Shown here: piece by piece, positions 58,735 to 64,000 of the stretch
Layout of the letters: each line of letters begins with the position of its first letter
How positions within the stretch are numbered: position 1 is the first letter of the stretch
Source of the DNA: a virus
Lineage: Duplodnaviria > Caudoviricetes
IMG/VR virus record: IMGVR_UViG_3300021255_002723
Span: 1-64,000 of that record
Strand: one strand, 5' to 3'
DNA length: 64,000 bases
Position numbers and translations under genes: made by a program
Notes under the pieces: generated by a model
What the model saw: only the letters and a program-made list of their open reading frames with translations
Databases searched by the model: none
Told to the model about the DNA's origin: nothing

Positions 58735-58978
58735 AACACTTGGTTTTTTATTTAAATTCTAATACAAATATAGGATTTTTCAACTCCCAAGTGCTGGCTC
58801 TTATACATATAAATTTACGAAATTGAATATATTCTGAATAGTCAATTTACAAAGTAAATTGTTAACATCAATAATATGGTAAAAAACGAATACAAAAATA
58901 ATTCCTCAGAATCACGAGGATTCCAAGGAATTATTAAAAAGTTGGGTCAACTTCTATGTTATTGCCTTTATTATTATT

Positions 58979-59503
58979 TTAAAAATCAATGCAGAAATCT
59001 GCTAATCTCATCAAATCGTTATTCAAAACCTTCAATGATAAATCGTCTCTTCCCCATTTTAATCGTTTGTAAGGCACATAACACTCCATTGGGGTATCAT
59101 ATACCACCTCTTTGTTTTTAATTGATTCTAGGGCAAATTTAAGCAGTTTTTCTCTATCCACGAATATGATTCTATCATTAGTTCTGAAAGCTATGTATTT
59201 TGCTTCTCCTTTAAGCCATCCATCTTTGCCTTGTACATTTTGCAGTTCCAACCAATGTATTGTATCATCATAATTGTTGTCTCCTCTTTTATTTTTGCTT
59301 AAACCCTTGACATCTATACCAATTCTACCTTTACGAGGGCTGTCCCACCAGAAATCAATATGTTTATTAATGTCATCATATTTGGATGCTCTTTCAACTT
59401 CTCCTCCTAATGTTTGTTTCACTGCATCCATTACGAAATCTTCATCCAATCTCCCACTAAGATAGAACTGCCTAACCGTTTCATTCAATTTTCTCGTAAC
59501 CAT
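58979..59503 (-). CDS. PD-(D/E)xK nuclease-like protein
   Basis: E..., HIDFW, IGIDVKG, WLELQN; likely start 59503. Confidence 0.65.
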   Translation of the reverse strand: MVTRKLNETVRQFYLSGRLDEDFVMDAVKQTLGGEVERASKYDDINKHIDFWWDSPRKGRIGIDVKGLSKNKRGDNNYDDTIHWLELQNVQGKDGWLKGEAKYIAFRTNDRIIFVDREKLLKFALESIKNKEVVYDTPMECYVPYKRLKWGRDDLSLKVLNNDLMRLADFCIDF

Positions 59504-59504
59504 T

Positions 59505-60692
59505 TTATCCAACCAATAATGGCGCTTTAATAGGTGGGTCTGGACTATACCCAATTATTTCAAAATCTTCGTATTTAAAATCCTCTATAGTTTCTTGAGT
59601 TCCGTGGATAATTAATTTTGGGATGTTTTCAGAGCCTTTCCTAGACAATTGTTCTCTAACTGCATCAAAATGTGCTTCATATATATGGCAATCCCCTAAT
59701 GATGCTATAAGTTCATCAGGCACCATATTGACTAACTTTGCAATCATATATGTTAATATTGAATACTCTAACGTATTGAATGGTTGCCCCAAGAATTCAT
59801 CATTTGAACGCATCGAGTACATACAGCTCAAACCATATATAGGGATATTGTTTTCTTTTAGTTTGCTTTCAATTTCAAATTTAGATTTTGTAGGTATCCA
59901 AGGATTAATGGCCATTTCATAAGTTTCAATATCGTTTGTTTTTTCTTTATAAAGTTCCCACCTTTCATATTTGGTCAATTCCCTTGTATAGAACTGAAAC
60001 ATCGTATGACAAGGCGGTAAAGCCATATCCCCAATTTGGTCTGGGTTATAAGCAACGCACAACATTCTTCTGTCGTTTGGATTTGTTCTAAGAGTATCTA
60101 TGATGTTTTGTATTTGGTCAGTATAACCATTGCCGCCAAAACACCTCCATTGTTTTCCATAAATTGGGCCTAAGTCACCAAATCTATATTTAGACATAAA
60201 AGAACCCCAAATTTCAACCCTCTGCAACGTAAGGTCTATGAATTCTTCCTTGGTGATGTTTTGAAGCCATTCAGCATCATCTTTCCTTAGTTCATTTTCA
60301 ATCCAATACTCAAACTCACCCTTGTGCAGCACTGACGTTTCGTCATCGTTGACACAAACCATATATTGTTTTGGCTTAAACTCTTTTGAAATTGTATCCT
60401 TAAACCAACGGTAAGCGTCATCATCCCAGATATGTACACCATTTCTGATAAGGTATTCAATGTTCATGCTATTGTGGGAATTATATGACCTCTGTAAAAA
60501 CCACAATAATTCAAGGATAACTCCTTTGGTGAACACTTTTTTTGTTGTCAGCAATGGCAACCCTTTTTTTAAATCAAACCTAAGTTGTCTTCCGAAAACG
60601 GATTTAACTCGTCCAGACCTAGTATTTTTTTCAACTCCGTTGGTGAGTATGTCTTGCAGCAGATTTAAATATTGTTTATCATTTTCATTCAT
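59505..60692 (-). CDS. thyA: thymidylate synthase
   Basis: LPLLTTKKV, ELLWFL, DLGPIYGKQWR, DRR, ALPPCH, RSND.FLG.PFN, GDCHIY. Confidence 0.95.
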   Translation of the reverse strand: MNENDKQYLNLLQDILTNGVEKNTRSGRVKSVFGRQLRFDLKKGLPLLTTKKVFTKGVILELLWFLQRSYNSHNSMNIEYLIRNGVHIWDDDAYRWFKDTISKEFKPKQYMVCVNDDETSVLHKGEFEYWIENELRKDDAEWLQNITKEEFIDLTLQRVEIWGSFMSKYRFGDLGPIYGKQWRCFGGNGYTDQIQNIIDTLRTNPNDRRMLCVAYNPDQIGDMALPPCHTMFQFYTRELTKYERWELYKEKTNDIETYEMAINPWIPTKSKFEIESKLKENNIPIYGLSCMYSMRSNDEFLGQPFNTLEYSILTYMIAKLVNMVPDELIASLGDCHIYEAHFDAVREQLSRKGSENIPKLIIHGTQETIEDFKYEDFEIIGYSPDPPIKAPLLVG

Positions 60693-61214
60693 TTAATTGT
60701 CATTGTTTTCTTCGTTATTATTTGGTGTATTTCCTTGATTTTGTTGCTGATTTTTCAAGTTATCAATGTATTGCATTATTATTGGGGAATTGCCAATAAA
60801 CTCGCCAAAATGAGACAATTTATGTTTATAGCAATTTTCAGACTCATCATCGTCTATTTCCTTTACCCACTTGGCAAAATCCTTATCCAAAGCTTGTATG
60901 TACTTTGGCTTGACTCTTTTCCTGACTTGATTTTCAATGAATTCACCCCTTCTTTCTTCCGAAGGATAAAACACATCATAATCTACAGCTTTGGCATTGA
61001 AAGCCTCTCTAGTCTTTTTTGAGGAGTCAATGAAAACGATGTCATTTTCATCAACAACAGACAAAACATTGTTGACATAACCCTCTAATGCGTCATCTGT
61101 GACCTCATCCATTGGGATTTCTTCAACTGCATCAAATATCTTAACCTTATCGCCATAAGAGTTTTTGAGATATTCTCTACCACAACCAATAAAACTACTA
61201 ATTATTATTCCCAT
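60693..61214 (-). CDS. hypothetical protein (degenerate P-loop kinase-like)
   Basis: IIISSFIGCGREY N-terminus. Confidence 0.5.
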   Translation of the reverse strand: MGIIISSFIGCGREYLKNSYGDKVKIFDAVEEIPMDEVTDDALEGYVNNVLSVVDENDIVFIDSSKKTREAFNAKAVDYDVFYPSEERRGEFIENQVRKRVKPKYIQALDKDFAKWVKEIDDDESENCYKHKLSHFGEFIGNSPIIMQYIDNLKNQQQNQGNTPNNNEENNDN

Positions 61215-61270
61215 GTGTTATAATCAAATTCTTTTGGATTATTTTATTGTTTGACTTCACGGTCAACACT

Positions 61271-61552
61271 CTAGACTTTAACTTTTTCTAAACGTTCCTT
61301 TAAGCGATTCAGCTTGTATTCTCTTTCCTTTTCAAAAGCCTCATATCCAAATAACGTTGCCATCTGTTCAACCATTATTGAAACGTCTGCAAGTTCTGTT
61401 ATCACGTCTTTCTCTTCAACGCGCATACGGTCAAACTTTCCAATTGCTGAAAACAATTCACCAACTTCTTCCATCAGCATTTTCTGTTGGGCTGGAACTC
61501 CCCATTTTTCCAACGCCTTACTAAAAAGGCTTATCCTCTCCGTTTTCTCCAT
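61271..61552 (-). CDS. MazG-like nucleotide pyrophosphohydrolase
   Basis: MEEVGEL...ELADV; likely start 61552. Confidence 0.8.
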   Translation of the reverse strand: MEKTERISLFSKALEKWGVPAQQKMLMEEVGELFSAIGKFDRMRVEEKDVITELADVSIMVEQMATLFGYEAFEKEREYKLNRLKERLEKVKV

Positions 61553-62042
61553 CTTCAATGAAATTTTTACCTTCAGTATATAACTGCTTTCCAACAGCTT
61601 CCAATGCGGAGCAAATCGTATTAAATGCAGCCTCTGTTATTTTTACATCCTTTTCACAAATCACCTTATCTTTATTGTCTTTCATTGTGAATTTACCATC
61701 ATCGTAATATACGAATATGCCATCTTCCATTCGGAATGTCAATTCACCATCTAGAGTTGCAAGGTCAGCGTTTTCTAGCTTCTCATACTCATATCCTTTC
61801 GGCTTAATGAATTCATTAAGTGCCTTTCCTTGAGACGATGCATCGCGGAAAAGCAAATAATCTTGTGAATTTACATTTTTATATTCATATTGAGTGCCAT
61901 TATTGAATACTACTTTAAGTGTTTTAAGCCTATTATCATAATCCAAACACTCTGAATACTTTATATTAGATGACTTATACCACGTTCTATCTACATCAAT
62001 GCCATCTTTATTTTTTGCATACAAGTTAAATATCTTGCTCAT
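61521..62042 (-). CDS. KTSC-domain protein
   Basis: SSNI...Y......L.V.FNNGTQYEY.NV...Y..F..A.S.GK..N. Confidence 0.8.
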   Translation of the reverse strand: MSKIFNLYAKNKDGIDVDRTWYKSSNIKYSECLDYDNRLKTLKVVFNNGTQYEYKNVNSQDYLLFRDASSQGKALNEFIKPKGYEYEKLENADLATLDGELTFRMEDGIFVYYDDGKFTMKDNKDKVICEKDVKITEAAFNTICSALEAVGKQLYTEGKNFIEDGENGEDKPF

Positions 62043-62097
62043 TGTTTATTATTTTTAAAAGTTTATTTTTATCGGTGATTACAAGTTATGTATCCCC

Positions 62098-62259
62098 TCA
62101 TTTTTTTTCTAATTTTACTGCTTTACCATACAGTTCTTTTAATTTTTTTTCTACTTCATCAGGAATATCTCTATAGTCATCACAACCATTACCAGGGCCA
62201 CCAAATACCTCGTGCCTATAATTGTAATATTCTTCCCATGCTTTTTCTTTTTTACTCAT
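62098..62259 (-). CDS. small hypothetical protein (53 aa)
   Basis: ATG overlaps the ligase stop region: MSKKEKAWEEYYNYRHEVFGGPG... Confidence 0.5.
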   Translation of the reverse strand: MSKKEKAWEEYYNYRHEVFGGPGNGCDDYRDIPDEVEKKLKELYGKAVKLEKK

Positions 62260-63361
62260 AACTCTGCCTGTCTATAGCTTTTACAACTGGAAATCTAAGT
62301 AAACCGTCATTTGTTATACCGAAATAGCAAACTGTTGCCATTTTACCTATGTATTTTTCCTTATTTTCTAATATTTCTTTACATTTATCGTCTGGAAATG
62401 CCAATGTAGCATTGCAAACAGCACCATTTTTAAGTTTAACGGTTACACTCTCAGCTACCGTTTGATTTTTTCCTATGTTCACATCAAGAATTTCAAACTC
62501 TTCGTCAACAAATTCCTTGTATTTCAACAAATTGTTGCTCCTTTTATGCTCGTAAGGTGCATCTGTCCTAATTATAGCACCCTCATACCCATCTGAAACG
62601 AATTTCCTGAAATATTCATCCACTTCATCGGAGCTTCCTATTTTAAATGTAGGAACAATTACAACATTTTCAAGATTAAACAAGAATTGATTTATAATTG
62701 AATTTCTGTCTGTGAATGACATGTTTGGATTGTCATCTACCCAGAGGTCATAAACGTAATACTTGACAGTTGACTCAATTTCTTGTCTGTCTTTATCTGT
62801 TATCTTCTGTTTCTTTACCAAAGAAACGATTTTGTTGAAATTGTCATGCAGTTTATGGTTATACAATTCCCCATCTAAGTGTATTAGCGGATGCTCCTTG
62901 AAAAATTCTTCCAACTCAACTTCAATGTGCTTGGTTGAATTGAATGGCTTGTTCCTGCGACTGATGGCTTGTATCTTACCATCCTTCAATGACATATTAC
63001 ACCTTATACCATCTAGTTTCGGTTGTATATATTTCATATTGTCAGCATACAACTTATTATATATCTTAGCTAGCATTGGAGGTTGGAATTCAACGTTATT
63101 TACAGTTTCTATGTCAGTAACAAAATTCTCCATAGATTGTTTTTTCTTCCATATTGCAGTTGCTTCCAACATGGCTTGTTCATCATCAGATGTCTCATTT
63201 GAACGCCCCTTGTTCTTTCCAACGCAATATGTTTTTTCAGACTGTTGTATTGCTCCATTTACTTTTCCAAACTCAGTCCAATAACAGTTTCCTTCAATGA
63301 AAATTGTCCATTTGTTGATGGTTTGATTTACAGTTAATTTGTATAATGTTGGTAAATTCAT
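62252..63361 (-). CDS. ATP-dependent DNA ligase
   Basis: PMLA, QPKLDGIRC, LDGELY, EGAIIR, LLKYK, LRFP; likely start 63361. Confidence 0.93.
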   Translation of the reverse strand: MNLPTLYKLTVNQTINKWTIFIEGNCYWTEFGKVNGAIQQSEKTYCVGKNKGRSNETSDDEQAMLEATAIWKKKQSMENFVTDIETVNNVEFQPPMLAKIYNKLYADNMKYIQPKLDGIRCNMSLKDGKIQAISRRNKPFNSTKHIEVELEEFFKEHPLIHLDGELYNHKLHDNFNKIVSLVKKQKITDKDRQEIESTVKYYVYDLWVDDNPNMSFTDRNSIINQFLFNLENVVIVPTFKIGSSDEVDEYFRKFVSDGYEGAIIRTDAPYEHKRSNNLLKYKEFVDEEFEILDVNIGKNQTVAESVTVKLKNGAVCNATLAFPDDKCKEILENKEKYIGKMATVCYFGITNDGLLRFPVVKAIDRQSYE

Positions 63362-63372
63362 TTTATTTTTGG

Positions 63373-63403
63373 CAAAGATATATAAAAAAATGTTAAAAAC
63401 AAA
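63373..63403 (-). promoter_or_regulatory. Bacteroidota sigma70-type promoter
   Basis: Minus strand TTTG, 19 nt, TATCTTTG upstream of the ligase. Confidence 0.7.
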
Positions 63404-63475
63404 ATTTATTATGAACAATTTTACTTGATTTTTGCCTGACAATGATTATATTTTAAATGTAAAATTGAAAAAATT

Positions 63476-64000
63476 ATGAGTAAATTTAAAGAAAGTGATT
63501 ATACATTGGAGTTTAACGAAGTCATGGAATACATGACAGACACGCTTTTCAATGAGTTTCCAACAGATATTCTCACATTGGAATATCTGATTTTGGCAAT
63601 ATTGGACAACAGAAGCTGTCACGCAAACATGATTCTTGACAACTGCTTGATGTCGAACAACATAGAAGAACTTAGGAAAATATACTGTTCTGTGCTGGAA
63701 AAGCATGTAAAGCCGCAGCTCAAGACAAATAAGGTGATATTCAGTGAAGATTTGATTAAGGCTTTAGATTGTTCTAAAACTGAAGCAGATAAGTTATCAA
63801 ATAAGCCAATAGGAACTGAACACATATTGTTGGCAATATTAAACAAAGAAAATAAGTTCAAAGAATTCGAAATATTTGAGAAATTTCGCCTTGAGTATGA
63901 TTTCATTTTTGGTAAATGCTCAATGTCCAAACAAACTGAAAACATTGAAACAAAGGAAAAAGCAAGTCCAAAGCTAAAGACCAAAAGAATAAGCAAAACA
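63476..64000 (+). CDS. Clp ATPase (ClpA/B/C-like) N-terminal domain, partial
   Basis: Translated by hand: MSKFKES...LTLEYLILAILD...IGTEHILLAIL (two Clp-N repeats); runs off the right edge. Confidence 0.75.
   Translation, partial: MSKFKESDYTLEFNEVMEYMTDTLFNEFPTDILTLEYLILAILDNRSCHANMILDNCLMSNNIEELRKIYCSVLEKHVKPQLKTNKVIFSEDLIKALDCSKTEADKLSNKPIGTEHILLAILNKENKFKEFEIFEKFRLEYDFIFGKCSMSKQTENIETKEKASPKLKTKRISKT

Larger units (their letters stand above)
57360..58966 (-). mobile_element. IS1595-like element (1607 bp) with deleted transposase and two LTES-leader passenger genes
   Basis: TIRs GGCAATAACATCGCAGTTGACCCAA (57360-57384) and TTGGGTCAACTTCTATGTTATTGCC (58942-58966), 23/25 match; 8-bp TSD TTTATTAT at 57352-57359 and 58967-58974. 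Confidence 0.92.

Noticed and set aside
59505-60692. thyA as a dCMP hydroxymethylase or intein/intron-containing gene
   Set aside because: It retains PPCH and the dUMP-specifying Asn (PFN); the insertions are short, in frame and lack intein termini.
1-64000. Stop-codon recoding (TAG read as Gln, as in some gut megaphages)
   Set aside because: Core genes are full length in the standard code, and TAG ends genes at sensible positions (e.g. dut at 2286).
1-64000. tRNA or rRNA genes
   Set aside because: No cloverleaf or rRNA-like sequence was recognised in the intergenic gaps by eye; a tRNAscan-SE run would confirm.

Overview
This 64 kb AT-rich window is the virion-assembly and nucleotide-metabolism region of a large T4-like (jumbo-type) dsDNA phage. 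The host is probably Bacteroidota, since several TTTG-N19-20-TAnnTTTG promoters are present. Core genes are terminase, portal, prohead protease, scaffold, major capsid, a gp55-like sigma factor, a baseplate spike, SNF2 helicase, ligase, thyA, dut, an IMPDH/GMPR-family enzyme, phoH, rmlC, three glycosyltransferase-like genes and two homing-type endonucleases. The main observation is a possible mobile-cassette system. Many unrelated proteins share an N-terminal leader (MKKLIRLTESDLHRIVKESVxRILxE or looser variants) that looks like a capsid-targeting, protease-cleaved propeptide. Three of these genes lie inside two non-autonomous IS1595-like elements (38141-38788 and 57360-58966), each with 24-25 bp GGCAATAACAT... 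terminal inverted repeats and an exact 8-bp target duplication, inserted directly behind an intrinsic terminator. Decayed relics of the same cassette occur at about 44.8 kb and possibly 14.7 kb. Other leader-bearing proteins include two protein kinases, two zincin peptidases, ADP-ribosyltransferase-like domains and an 1823-aa multidomain protein. All product calls come from reading motifs by eye; no database searches were run.
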